DNA of 63,811 bases, filler included, from Octopus bimaculoides (Eukaryota), in NCBI RefSeq assembly GCF_001194135.2. It is 6 parts of 4 records of this genome, joined end to end, with 100 filler letters (N's around TTAATTAATTAA, not from the genome) between each part and the next. Parts side by side here need not be neighbours in the genome. Positions count along the whole stretch, not along the records: positions 9,213 to 20,320 come from NC_068994.1; positions 20,421 to 48,215 come from NC_068991.1; 4 more parts are not named here. One strand, written 5' to 3'. The notes under the pieces are model-generated. The model ran no database searches, was not told the origin of the DNA, and saw only the letters and a program-made list of their open reading frames with translations. Made by a program: the position numbers and the translations under genes. Shown in pieces: positions 14,709 to 26,035 of this stretch. The stretch's first letter is position 1. Every line of letters begins with the position of its first letter.

Positions 14709-14736
14709 CTAGCTGAATGACCCGGCGTTGCCCGGG
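14709..14736 (-). mobile_element. Helitron-type 3' terminus (hairpin + CTAG)
   Basis: Minus strand cccgggcaacgccgggtcattcagCTAG|t; same hairpin as 58281-58307. A GC hairpin about 10 nt before CTRR and insertion before T are the established Helitron end signature. Confidence 0.75.
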
Positions 14737-15063
14737 TTACTGCTATCCGTATTCAGATTAGTAAACAATAAATATAAAGATATTTTCTCATAACTATTTC
14801 AAAATATTTATATTTTATTAAAAAGTATCCAAATTGTAATGATAATAGAATTTCGAACAGAAAATCTGTCAATATTGAAGCACCTCAGGGTAAACAATAT
14901 TCATTGTGTAATTTTCTGTTGGTGTTGGAATGAAATAAACTGTTGCTGCTTCCAACTCGCGAGAAAGCAACATGCACTCGCACACACATACACAGACGCA
15001 CACACACATATACAGACACACACACTCTGATATATACAGATAAGGATTTTTACTACAATCCAG

Positions 15064-15123
<60 letters not shown>

Positions 15124-15126
<3 letters not shown>

Positions 15127-15270
15127 TAGTTTTATTTTTATAGCGTGCTTTCACTTCACTACCGAGCGCAGCTCTGTGTGCCTTGGGTATGTGCTGTGGT
15201 TTGCTGTGATGCTCTTATGGTTACCGTATTGAAAGTGTTTTGCGTAGGATATGTGCAGTGCACAGTAGTG
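15124..15270 (-). mobile_element. R4/Dong-like RLE LINE 3' end abutting (TAA)n; runs into a gap
   Basis: Minus translation LLCTAHILRKTLSIR*, then a 3' UTR nearly identical to 48571-48700, then (TAA)n at 15064-15123. Confidence 0.8.
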
Positions 15271-15989
15271 NNNNNNNNNNNNNNNNNNNNNNNNNNNNNN
15301 NNNNNNNNNNNNNNNNNNNNNNNNNNNNNNNNNNNNNNNNNNNNNNNNNNNNNNNNNNNNNNNNNNNNNNNNNNNNNNNNNNNNNNNNNNNNNNNNNNNN
15401 NNNNNNNNNNNNNNNNNNNNNNNNNNNNNNNNNNNNNNNNNNNNNNNNNNNNNNNNNNNNNNNNNNNNNNNNNNNNNNNNNNNNNNNNNNNNNNNNNNNN
15501 NNNNNNNNNNNNNNNNNNNNNNNNNNNNNNNNNNNNNNNNNNNNNNNNNNNNNNNNNNNNNNNNNNNNNNNNNNNNNNNNNNNNNNNNNNNNNNNNNNNN
15601 NNNNNNNNNNNNNNNNNNNNNNNNNNNNNNNNNNNNNNNNNNNNNNNNNNNNNNNNNNNNNNNNNNNNNNNNNNNNNNNNNNNNNNNNNNNNNNNNNNNN
15701 NNNNNNNNNNNNNNNNNNNNNNNNNNNNNNNNNNNNNNNNNNNNNNNNNNNNNNNNNNNNNNNNNNNNNNNNNNNNNNNNNNNNNNNNNNNNNNNNNNNN
15801 NNNNNNNNNNNNNNNNNNNNNNNNNNNNNNNNNNNNNNNNNNNNNNNNNNNNNNNNNNNNNNNNNNNNNNNNNNNNNNNNNNNNNNNNNNNNNNNNNNNN
15901 NNNNNNNNNNNNNNNNNNNNNNNNNNNNNNNNNNNNNNNNNNNNNNNNNNNNNNNNNNNNNNNNNNNTTCTTCTTCTTCTTCTTCTTCT

Positions 15990-16999
15990 TCTTCTTCTTC
16001 TTCTTCTTCTATTGATCCAACGAGAAAGTGTGTGTGTGTATGTGTGTGTATGCGTGTGCACGCACGCACGCGCTCGCGTATGCGTGAGTGCGCATTTGCA
16101 TGCCTGTTGATTTTACTGACAGAGTTCCTTACGCGCGCGCATGTGTCTGTGTGTGTATGTGTATGTTTTAGTGCTTGTGTTTCTGTGCCTGTTGCGCGTG
16201 CATCTGTGTTGGTGTTGCTGGCATAGACCGCTATGATTGCGCCTGCACTTGTGCCTGTTGCACGCGTGCGTGCCTGTGTGAGCGTGTGCTTTCGGTATGT
16301 GCAGTGTGTGAGCCTGGAGATGAGCGCGTGTTGGTATGTGTATCTCCTCGCGCGCGCGCGCGTATGCATGTGTGTCTGTGTGTGTGTGTGTGTGTCTAGA
16401 ACGGCGGACGGCGGTCGGCAACTGCATCAAAAGACGCAACGATATGCACGCCCCAGTCGTCGCCGACGCCAGTGTCAGCCTCCACCGCTGTCACAGGGAC
16501 CATTGATATTCCTAATGCCGAATCGACGCCATCACAGTCACCACCTCCACCAATACCAGCAACAATGCTCCTCTCTCTCTCACCACCACCCCCTCTCTCA
16601 CTCCTGCCACCCGCCTCCAGGCCTTAGTAATAACACCGATGTCGGCACGTCTTCGATCTCTTGTGATGTGATTAGAAGAAAATGCAACGAGCAAATATTG
16701 GAATGTGGAACTGATGTCGCTGAGTTGGCAAAATACTTATCACAGCAACAACAACAACAACAACAACCCCAACTACAACTACTATTTCCTCAATGATGTG
16801 AACCCTCTTCCTCCTCCTCCTCCTCTTTCTAGTTCTACTACTGCCACTGATGCTGCTTGTGCTGCTGGTGCAACAAGTGCTATTAGGACTATAAACAAGT
16901 AGCTGCTGCCACCACAGTCGCAACAGCAGCACTAACACAAGCAACAACAACAACGATGACGACGACGACGATGACGAAGACGACGTCAGACAACTGCGT

Positions 17000-17000
<1 letters not shown>
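15990..17000. promoter_or_regulatory. CpG-rich low-complexity island; candidate promoter/5' UTR region
   Basis: Visibly dense CpG ((CG)n runs, gtcgtcgccgacgcc, gacgacgacg) compared with the AT-rich background; no family-recognisable ORF. Confidence 0.35.
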
Positions 17001-17046
<46 letters not shown>

Positions 17047-17209
17047 AGTGGAAGAGTCAAGAAAATTAAGAAGACTGATTTTCATCAATCACCGAAAAAT
17101 TCCCCACTATGACAATTACAAAAACTATATCGGAGCTGCAATAATTAAAGTAGTAACAATATAATTTATAAAAGTAACCAAGCGGCTACCACCACTACTA
17201 CTACTACTG

Positions 17210-17275
<66 letters not shown>

Positions 17276-17320
17276 ATAATATTAATAATAATAATAATAA
17301 TAATTATTATTATTATTATT

Positions 17321-17484
17321 TCTTTATTGCCCACATAGGGCTAAACATAGATGGGACAAACAAGGACAGACAAACAGATTAAGTCGATTACATCGATCCC
17401 AGTGCGTAACTGGTACTTATTTAATCGACCCCGAAAGGATGAAAGGCAAAGTCGACCTCGGCGGAATTTGAACTCAGAACGTAA
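17321..17484 (-). mobile_element. SINE family A (3' part, head truncated)
   Basis: tctttattgcccac...gaccccgaaaggatgaaaggcaaagtcgacctcggcggaatttgaactcagaacg. Confidence 0.9.
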
Positions 17485-17518
17485 TAATAATAATAGTAAC
17501 AATAATAACAACAACAAC

Positions 17519-17840
17519 AAGGTATGCGATAAGGAAGAAATAAAAGTCGATAGATATGACAGGTTAGCTTGGGAGGTTAAGCAGTTGTGGTCGCTGAAAA
17601 CAGTGGTAGTAGTACCAATAATTGTCGGAGCCCTGGGAACAATGAGTAAAAAATCTTGAGAAGCACATGGAACAAATAGGGGCTGCAATAAGGGTGGAGC
17701 ACTTGCAGAAAACAGCACTGCTTGGAACGGCTCGAATACTCCGGATGGTGGTCGATAAATAAGGGGTGTTACCTTAGTTCACTGGTAGTGAACAGCTGGC
17801 ACCGTAGTACATCTCCAGCGTTAGAAGTTGTGCAAAGACA

Positions 17841-17843
<3 letters not shown>
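17519..17843 (+). mobile_element. 5'-truncated R4/Dong-like non-LTR retrotransposon, C-terminal RLE region
   Basis: KVCDKEEIKVDRYDRLAWEVKQLWSLKTVVVVPIIVGALGTMSK / (1-nt frameshift in the A-run near 17650) LEKHMEQIGAAIRVEHLQKTALLGTARILRMVVDK* (stop 17760-17762); short 3' UTR then (TAA)n; AAT/AAC repeats upstream. Confidence 0.85.
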
Positions 17844-17897
<54 letters not shown>

Positions 17898-17898
<1 letters not shown>

Positions 17899-18020
17899 TT
17901 TAGCACAAGACCAGCAATTTCGAGAGTGGTAAGTCGATTACATCTACCCCCAGTGCTCAGCTGGTACTTATTTTATCGACTCCGAAATTACGAAAGGCAA
18001 AGTCGACCTCGACGTAAAAG
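17898..18020 (-). mobile_element. SINE family A fragment
   Basis: gtcgattacatctacccccagtgctcagctggtac...gaaaggcaaagtcgacctc. Confidence 0.75.
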
Positions 18021-18389
18021 AGTTGAGGGGGGAAATGGGTGAGGCTGGAGAGATGATATGAGAGGATACTTAATATACAAAATATGCAAGCCCATGGATG
18101 ATACAGGAGAGCCTCCAACTAGAACGAAACAAGGAACCCCAAAGATCCAAGATCGTTCTGACCACCATTGGCAGGCGTCCTCTAATCTCCAGGTACATTT
18201 TTAGAGTAATTCAATTCACCTTAAACATTTCTAACAGTTACCTTTTTGACAAATTCGCTGGTGGTGGTGTTGGTGGTGGTGGGGTAGCACTTGCCTCTCC
18301 GCCCTCTCTTTTATAATCGGAATAAGGAAATATCGATGAGGCCGTGACTGAAGAGGAAGGTGTTTATTAGCCACAAGGCTTGGTGTCGT

Positions 18390-18870
18390 CTTAGGACAGA
18401 CAACTTCTGTTATATCTTCCGTTATTGTTGCTTTTGTTCTTTAAAACTTCTGTGCAGAAAACCCCTAAATGAGTTTTGTTCCCACAAATGTAACACCTGG
18501 GTTGTTTAGCTTGGATGCAGAATTTTAAGGTCTTCTTTTTTTGCTCACTCTATACGACACAGTTCTGATATTGTTCTGTCGTCCTTTCGGGTCACGAGGA
18601 CTTGTATGTGCATCGTGATAGTACCAGACCGCATGTCACTAAATGTTTAGTCGCCACCTGTCCGTTTTGTGCCACAAAGATGACTATTAACCAAAAGTCG
18701 CTGTTCGTGATGGTGACCCTTGTGTTCTTTTTCCCAAATACCGCGGTAGTAGCTTATGGGCTGGTGCACCACACACAATTTGGAAGTAGTACTTTCGCCT
18801 CGTCCTCTGTTTTAAAGATGACACATGATTCTGTGTCCTTCGAAAAATACGAACCCGTTCAAATTCCTAT
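18390..18870 (-). pseudogene. Decayed retroelement ORF1/gag-like frame with a CX2CX4HX4C zinc knuckle
   Basis: One minus frame with three stops: KDTESCVIFKTEDEAKVLL...AVFGKKNTRVTIT...TLKFCIQAKQPRCYICGNKTHLGVFCTEV; knuckle at 18454-18495. Confidence 0.7.
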
Positions 18871-19590
18871 TCTTACTTCCATTTGTACGTTAGTGTGTGT
18901 GTGTGTGCGCGCGCACGCGCACATATGAGTGAGAGAGAGAGAGGAGGAGGAGGAAGAGAGAGAGAAGTGTTGTTTACTTTTTCGCTGAGAGTGTTTAAGT
19001 AAATATTTTCACCGTTATTTGTCATTGTGTTGAAATTATTTTGTCATGTGTGTCTGTCTGATCGATGGCCTTAGTCTTCTTTATCGTCTGCTTTTCTTTG
19101 AAAAAAACAAAAAAAACAAAAAACAAAAAACAAGAATGGCGCCGATATTTTATTTAGGCTGAAGTGGTATTAATNNNNNNNNNNNNNNNNNNNNNNNNNN
19201 NNNNNNNNNNNNNNNNNNNNNNNNNNNNNNNNNNNNNNNNNNNNNNNNNNNNNNNNNNNNNNNNNNNNNNNNNNNNNNNNNNNNNNNNNNNNNNNNNNNN
19301 NNNNNNNNNNNNNNNNNNNNNNNNNNNNNNNNNNNNNNNNNNNNNNNNNNNNNNNNNNNNNNNNNNNNNNNNNNNNNNNNNNNNNNNNNNNNNNNNNNNN
19401 NNNNNNNNNNNNNNNNNNNNNNNNNNNNNNNNNNNNNNNNNNNNNNNNNNNNNNNNNNNNNNNNNNNNNNNNNNNNNNNNNNNNNNNNNNNNNNNNNNNN
19501 NNNNNNNNNNNNNNNNNNNNNNNNNNNNNNNNNNNNNNNNNNNNNNNNNNNNNNNNNNNNNNNNNNNNNNNNNNNNNNNNNNNNNCATCA

Positions 19591-19626
<36 letters not shown>

Positions 19627-19633
19627 TCTCACT

Positions 19634-19860
19634 ATCATCCCAGATGTGGCTGTGACCTGCTGATACGAATGTAGCGATGAAAGGACGGGATAAAATCTGA
19701 AAGTACCGAGACTTAAAAACAAAGGAAATGTGAAGACTGTGGAAGGTGTCTGAAAAGGTAATCATTATAGTGATAGGTGTCTTAGGTAACCGTTACTTGT
19801 GCAGGCTTGGTCGATTCCTCTTTGAGATCGAAGTAATCACGAGAATTGCATTGGGACAGA
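19634..19860 (+). mobile_element. R4/Dong-like RLE domain fragment
   Basis: IIPDVAV / (frameshift) ADTNVAMKGRDKI*KYRDLKTKEM*RLWKVSEKVIIIVIGVLG, matching the D-x-A-V-P...K-x-x-K-Y-x-x-L...W...V-G-x-L-G RLE pattern. Confidence 0.7.
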
Positions 19861-20420
19861 AATGTGTTTTATTTGAAACAGCAAGGGATGTTCGAAATGT
19901 CCAAGATATCTAAGGAAACTAGTTGTGATTCGGTACCAAAGACATTGGTTTCAGATTTAACACATTTATCCATACCATTTATTAACAGCAAATATTCTGC
20001 TCAATAACACAGATTTGCTTGTCAGTTGTTTGACCTTAACCAGTTGGTCATGTCCCTTAGTAGCTGACTATATGTGCATCCCTGATCACGAGCAGAAGTA
20101 GTGGAAGAGCATCATAGCCATGTGTTGTGACAAACTTTCTTTTCAGAACCCTGAGAAACAACAACAAAAAAACTTTCTATCCCACCTGAACTGGATACAC
20201 CTCCATACAGTAATTTCCACGCTTGACTGACCGCTAAACAATAATACTACCCTCACTCAAAACCAAACAAAATCTTCCAATAGTAACTTCCTATCAACTC
20301 ACAACCTATACACGTGCTTCNNNNNNNNNNNNNNNNNNNNNNNNNNNNNNNNNNNNNNNNNNNNTTAATTAATTAANNNNNNNNNNNNNNNNNNNNNNNN
20401 NNNNNNNNNNNNNNNNNNNN

Positions 20421-20488
<68 letters not shown>

Positions 20489-20877
20489 TCAAGGGTTGAA
20501 CAGACAGAGCACAACAAGGAGAAAAATGTTAGACAAAAGCAGAGCAAACAGGAAACTAGATGAAATTTTAACAGACGGGAAATGTAGACAAAAACACGAT
20601 ACACAGAATATTCGCGGCTCTGAGTTTTCCTCATCAGTCAATGACCCAAAATATCATAGTGGTTTCATGCTGTTACCATTGAGACCACTCAATCTTGGAG
20701 GCACCAGTGCTGTTATTTAGTTACTGGGTAAAAGCTAGCGGATGTATATATATACTAAGACAGAAACAAACAAGACATTGTATAAATACAGCACACAAAG
20801 AATTATGCATATAATAACAGCATGAAGCCTAACAACTATATACAGTGGAAGAAAATAACAATAATTATACATATATA

Positions 20878-21037
20878 GGCGCAGGAGTGGCTGCGTGGTA
20901 AGTAGCTTGCTTAATAACCACATGGTTCTGGGTTCAGTCCCACAGCGTGGCACTTTGGGCAAGTGTCTTCTACTATAGCCTTGGGCCAACCAAAGCCTTG
21001 TGAGTGGATTTGGTAGACAGAAACTGAAAGAAGCCTG

Positions 21038-21102
<65 letters not shown>

Positions 21103-21264
21103 ATTTTGAGTGTCTGTGTTTGTCCCCCCAAACACAGACTGATAGAATAAGTACTAGGCTTACAAAGAATAAGTCCTGAGGTCGATTTCTTCGACTGAAG
21201 GCGGTGCTCCAGCATGGTCACAATCAAATGACTGAAACAAGTAAAAGAGTAAAGAGTAAAAGAG
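20878..21264 (+). mobile_element. SINE family B, near full length, with an internal (TA)n(TG)n tract
   Basis: ggcgcaggagtggctgcgtggtaagtagc...ggttcagtccc...; 3' end gcggtgctccagcatgg...gactgaaacaagtaaaagag. Confidence 0.9.
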
Positions 21265-21719
21265 TATATACCACAAATACAACAGGAAAAGCTCTGCAGC
21301 TATTGAATATATGTGTGTGTGTGTGTGTACACGCATGTCCCAACATTCACACATGCATTCAATGCTTATACTGTTTAACCCCTCGTCAGCTCTGACAGAG
21401 CAGACTCATGCTTGAAGATATTCCAGTTATGATGAGTCACTGACTCTAGTTGGAGTATCACTCTCTCTCTGTCTTTTTCTCTTATGACTTATGTTATTAT
21501 TTAATTAATGTATTTTTACTAGAATGGTAGGGTGTAATATTTCAGTGAGATTTAATCAGCAGATCAACATACTTTGTAAGACAGTCATTATTGTACCTAC
21601 TTTGAGGACATTCCATACAATTTTCCTCTTAGAAATTCTAGTGACATGGCTTTAGTCATGGCAAATTTCTTTCCCCCACCTCATCTCTTTCTCTCTTCTT
21701 TTACTGACTCTGTATAAAG

Positions 21720-22000
21720 TGGCTAGAAGCAAGGCTTATCTTTGCAAGTTCATTGAGTCTGGTGAGCATGATACCAATTAATGTTTCATTTGAACAATCG
21801 TGCATCAACTCCTACATGAAAAACATTGAACAAAAAGGTCAAAAAAAAACAAAAAAAACTCCAGCGGGATGCCAATGTACTTAAGAGAAAGGATTTGGAA
21901 ATAACAATGGCTAGTGCAGAGCTGGTGGAATTGCATGTTGCATGAGTGATGAGTGTTATTGAAAAAGGGGGCCAGGGGTATCTGAATTGAGGAGATACAA
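21720..22000 (+). mobile_element. Possible decayed LINE ORF2 fragment
   Basis: SSLSLVSMIPINVSF...QRDANVLKRKDLEITMASAELVELHVA*VMSVIEKGGQGYLN*; resemblance to LINE sequences is from recall only. Confidence 0.3.
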
Positions 22001-22499
22001 GTCTAACCAGCTGTGAGGAAAAATAGCATTGCAATCAAAATTGAACTATTTGTTTAGGAAACAGACTTCTCCGTAACACAGCCTTGCTTGCATACTATTA
22101 ATGTGTGGGTTTTAAGTATAGCTATAAGGACTCTTCAATGATTCATTTAGCTTGAATACAGAACCTGAGATCATGTCGCTTGCAATGCAAATACAAATCC
22201 CACAATTAAATATACATTTGTTTCATCTCACATAAACATACATACAAACATGTACAAGCACATACACACACATACGAATGGGGAGAGAAAGAGAGAAAGT
22301 GAGAAAGAGGGAGAACATCTTATGTTCTCTTTCTCGTATGACTCCTTGTTAATTAGACAAAACTAGTGACCATTAAAGTATTTTCCCAGTCAATTTGTAA
22401 TCCTATTACATACATGTGTGTGTGTGTGTGCGTTATAATATGAGAGGTTTTGGTATCCAGAAGACCCAGCACTTTCCTTGGATAATGGAACTGCAACTG

Positions 22500-22745
22500 T
22501 AACATCCAATATATATCTTTATTTTTATTCTCATATTTCCCTTTATAATTCTTATATCTCTCCCTTTCCAAATTAACTTCTTATATTGAACTCTACTATT
22601 CCTTTCTATTTAACTCTTTCATATCGTCTCTGATGATGGGATAACCCTCATATCTCAGAAAAAGCTGTAAGATTACCTTCCTCTTTATAAATGTCCTAGA
22701 AATTTCACGCTTCCTTGGCTTTGTTGTCTCATTTTATCTAACATA
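22500..22745 (+). mobile_element. PLE pLTR-like fragment containing a degenerate minimal hammerhead motif (22626-22672)
   Basis: gtct CTGATGA ...ca GAAA a AGCT GTA aga; pyrimidine-rich flanks ending at (TA)n. Confidence 0.55.
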
Positions 22746-22784
22746 TATATATATATATATATACATATGTATGTATGTATAAGT

Positions 22785-23035
22785 GGAGGCACGTGGCTTA
22801 GTGGTTAGGGTGTCGGCATCATGATTGCAAGATTGTTGTTTCGGTTCCTGGACCGGGTGACACGTTGTGTTCTTGAGCAAAAGACTTCATTTCACGTTGC
22901 TCCAGTCCACTCAGCTGGCAAAAATGAGTAATGCTGCGATGGCCTGGCGTCCCGTCCAGCTGGGGAACACATATGCCATTGAGACCGGGAAACTGGGCTC
23001 ATGAGCCTGGCTAGGCTTTAAAAGGGTGCATTTAT
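22785..23035 (+). mobile_element. SINE family C
   Basis: ggaggcacgtggcttagtggttagggtgtcggc...gtttcggttcctggaccggg...cacgttgctccagtccactcagctggcaaaaatgagt. Confidence 0.85.
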
Positions 23036-23102
23036 TATTTTATGTATGTATAACACTGAAGAATTTACAAGTTAGATCCAGTACATACTGAATGCTTAAA
23101 TA

Positions 23103-23153
<51 letters not shown>

Positions 23154-23359
23154 TAATAGATTTCTTTCTGTTTCTATCAATCAAATCTCGTTACAAGTCT
23201 TTGGTTGGCTTGGGGATATAGTAGAAGACACCTTACCTAAAGCGCTATGAAGTGAGACCAAACCCAAGATTACATGGTCTGGATGCAAACTTCAAGCATC
23301 TTAAACCCACAGCTATGTCTGCACCTATAATTTTATGATCCCATAGCTTTACCTGAACA

Positions 23360-23640
23360 TCATTGTCATCATCAACTTCGTTTAACATCTGCTTTCCATG
23401 TTGGCATGGGTTAGATGGTTTGACTGAGGACTAGCAAGCTGGGGGACTGCAACAGACTCTAATCTGATCTGGCATGGTTTCTATGGATGGATGCCCTTCC
23501 TAATGCCAACCACTCCGAGAGCACAGGGGCCAGTCAGGCAACACTGGCATCAACAACGTTCAAATGGTGCTTTTTATGTGTCACCAGCACAGATGCCAGT
23601 CAGGCGGCACTGGAATCAGTCATGCTTGAATAGTGCTTTT
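23360..23640 (-). mobile_element. Short retroposon 3' tail family (similar copies near 24835-25025 and 39880-40080)
   Basis: catcatc...gtttaac(a/g)tc...ttcca..gctg..atgggtt...ggatgcccttcct shared among three loci. Confidence 0.7.
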
Positions 23641-23651
23641 TACGTCCTTGT

Positions 23652-24003
23652 GGAGCCCCCTTGAGGCAGTACAGGGACCAACTCAAATCAACCCTGGAAA
23701 GCACAAGCATCAACCCCACACACTGGGAAGATATCTCGGCAAACAGAACCCCTCTGGAGACACACCATCAAAACGGGTTCGGCGGACTTCGAGAAAGCCC
23801 GAGTCGCAAGAGCTGAACTCAAGAGACGGGTGAGAAAGCAGAGCTTTCTCCTTCCCAAACCAACCCCTTCTATCCCTTGTCCACAATGTCCCCGTATGTT
23901 TCATGCAACCCTTGGATTGCGGAGCCATCTGCAGTTCAAACACTCAGGAAAATGAACTGGATTACAAGCTCAGAAACATGAGACACAGCCAACAACAACA
24001 ACA
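23652..24003 (+). mobile_element. RTE-clade LINE 3' end with (CAA)n tail
   Basis: GAPLRQYRDQLKSTLESTSINPTHWEDISANRT / (+1 C near 23750) LWRHTIKTGSADFEKARVARAELKRRVRKQ...CPQCPRMFHATLGLRSHLQFKHSGK* (stop 23953-23955); C2H2-like C-terminus typical of RTE. Confidence 0.9.
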
Positions 24004-24093
24004 TTATANNNNNNNNNNNNNNNNNNNNNNNNNNNNNNNNNNNNNNNNNNNNNNNNNNNNNNNNNNNNNNNNNNNNNNNNNNACACGAAAAAC

Positions 24094-24266
24094 AACAACA
24101 GACGAGGACAGGTGGTGTAAATAACAAAAGGATGTATTAGTATGACGCTCGGGAATACGGTAAGTCTTTGACGTTTCGAGCTACGTTCTTCAACAGAAAG
24201 AATACGGAGACAAGGAGAAAAACACGGAGAAAAAAAATTGAATAGTGTTCAGTCAACGGTCGATCA
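24094..24266 (-). mobile_element. PLE pLTR-like segment, inverted copy of 26759-26931
   Basis: Reverse complement is about 95% identical to 26759-26931 by eye; contains the hammerhead-like motif at 24165-24201. Confidence 0.8.
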
Positions 24267-25038
24267 TATATATATGTACAAGGGGAAGTCTAATGTATGT
24301 ATATACACACACGCCCACATTAATGCATATCTAGATACATGATCATTTATGCATGTTTTTCCATACCTGCATGTGGTGGATAGGTAACTATGCTTCAACA
24401 CAATGTCCTGTTGCATCCCAACACTTACTTTTCCCCCGTCTCTTTTGTAATATCCAACACCCTGAGATCAGTGCTTATCACTTCTACACATGTAAGTAAA
24501 CACACACAAACAAATATTATATGTATGTGAATGTATATATATATATATNNNNNNNNNNNNNNNNNNNNNNNNNNNNNNNNNNNNNNNNNGAGATACTATA
24601 GAAAGCACCTTTTTATAAAGTACATGTCTGACCTACAGAAAGCAGATATCTTCACTCAACTAGGCTGTGTTGTCTGCACACACGGTAGGAATATCAGGTG
24701 CCAACACTCCTACACAGAGTTTTGATATCCAATATTCAAGTAATATTGTTTGAGTATGTGGATTATACAGACCTAACAGGGTGCCTCAATTTAAGTACCT
24801 TATTCAACTGAATCTTAATTACATATATATATATCATCATCATTATCGTTTAACGTCCGTGTTCCAAGCTGTCACGTGTTGGACGGTTCGACTGGAGTCT
24901 GGGAAGCCAGGAGGCTGCACTAGGCTCCAATCTGATCTGGCAGTATTTCTACAGCTGGATGCCCTTCCTCACACCAAGCACTCCGTCAGTGTTGTGGGTG
25001 CTTTTTACATGCCACCAGCACAGGGGCAGAGGAGGCTG

Positions 25039-25099
<61 letters not shown>

Positions 25100-25200
25100 A
25101 TAATATTAGGGAATAAAGAATTTATTCCAGCCTTACAGGCAAAAATCGGTATAATATTATACCGGGTTTCCTAATATATAATATATATGTATATAACTAA

Positions 25201-25489
25201 TTTAGAGTGGCCCAACATATGAATTCTTTTAAGGACAGAAATTTAATGAACTCTACGGGCCTTAGTAAATACATTTGGGAACTTAAATCAAAAAGAATAA
25301 AATACGAGTTAAAATGGGAAATAGTTTGCAAGGCTAAATCATATAGGATAGGGAATAAATTCTGCTTATTATGTACTAACGAATTAAAAAAAATATTATT
25401 AGCTAATAGAAAATTGATTTAACTCCCACGATGAACGTAATATTAAATGCAGACATAAATTAAATTACTTATATCATAAGTTTAGATAA
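25201..25489 (+). pseudogene. Penelope-like element GIY-YIG endonuclease C-terminal remnant
   Basis: RVAQHMNSFKDRNLMNSTGLSKYIWELKSKRIKYELKWEIVCKAKSYRIGNKFCLLCTNELKKILLANRKL / (frameshift) NSHDERNIKCRHK; matches the R-x-x-x-H...S-T-x-L-S-K-Y-I-W-x-L-K...C-x-L-C-x-x-E...C-R-H pattern of PLE endonucleases. Confidence 0.85.
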
Positions 25490-25644
25490 CTAATTTATTT
25501 ATTTAAATCTAGTATTAGGTACCAACTTATAGTTATGATCAGTAGCGTTAAATACATCAAATTACCTTTAGAATACACTTTAATCATCACAATATTATAA
25601 AAATTGGAACATATAACTATCTTTACTTTAAGTATTCAACGATA

Positions 25645-26035
25645 ATATGCGTAAATCTGAATGTTTTAAGTATTTTAGGATTATTAATCTTCAATAAACT
25701 TTTTATTTTAGGTAGATTTTCTTTTTCGATATTTTCGTTATTATTTTAGTAATTATAACACGTACTTACCTCTGGTAATGGACGCCATCTTTATCACGTG
25801 ACTTTTCATAGCATTATTAACGTAATATAGAATTTTCGTATGTGTATAGTTATTACTCTGCGTTAATTTGCAAGTTTAAGTATTTTAGTATTTTTAATCT
25901 TGAAGAAACTTTTTATTTTAGGTAGATTTTCTTTTTCGATATTTTCGTTATTATTTTCGTAATTATAATACGCATGGACTTCTGAGTAATAGACGCGATA
26001 TTTATCACGTGACGTTTTAGTATAAATTCTATAAC
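25645..26035. repeat. Tandem duplication, period 210 bp
   Basis: ttttattttaggtagattttctttttcgatattttcgttattatttt...tttatcacgtgac occurs twice (ggtagatttt at 25711 and 25921). Confidence 0.9.

Noticed and set aside
13513-16369. Long ORFs of 160-380 aa in the track (also 29005-29993)
   Set aside because: They consist of N-gaps and microsatellite translations.
16233-16796. 187-aa H/Q/P-rich ORF
   Set aside because: The start lies in (TG)n-like repeats, alternative frames look equally protein-like and no family is recognisable; kept only as part of the CpG-island finding.
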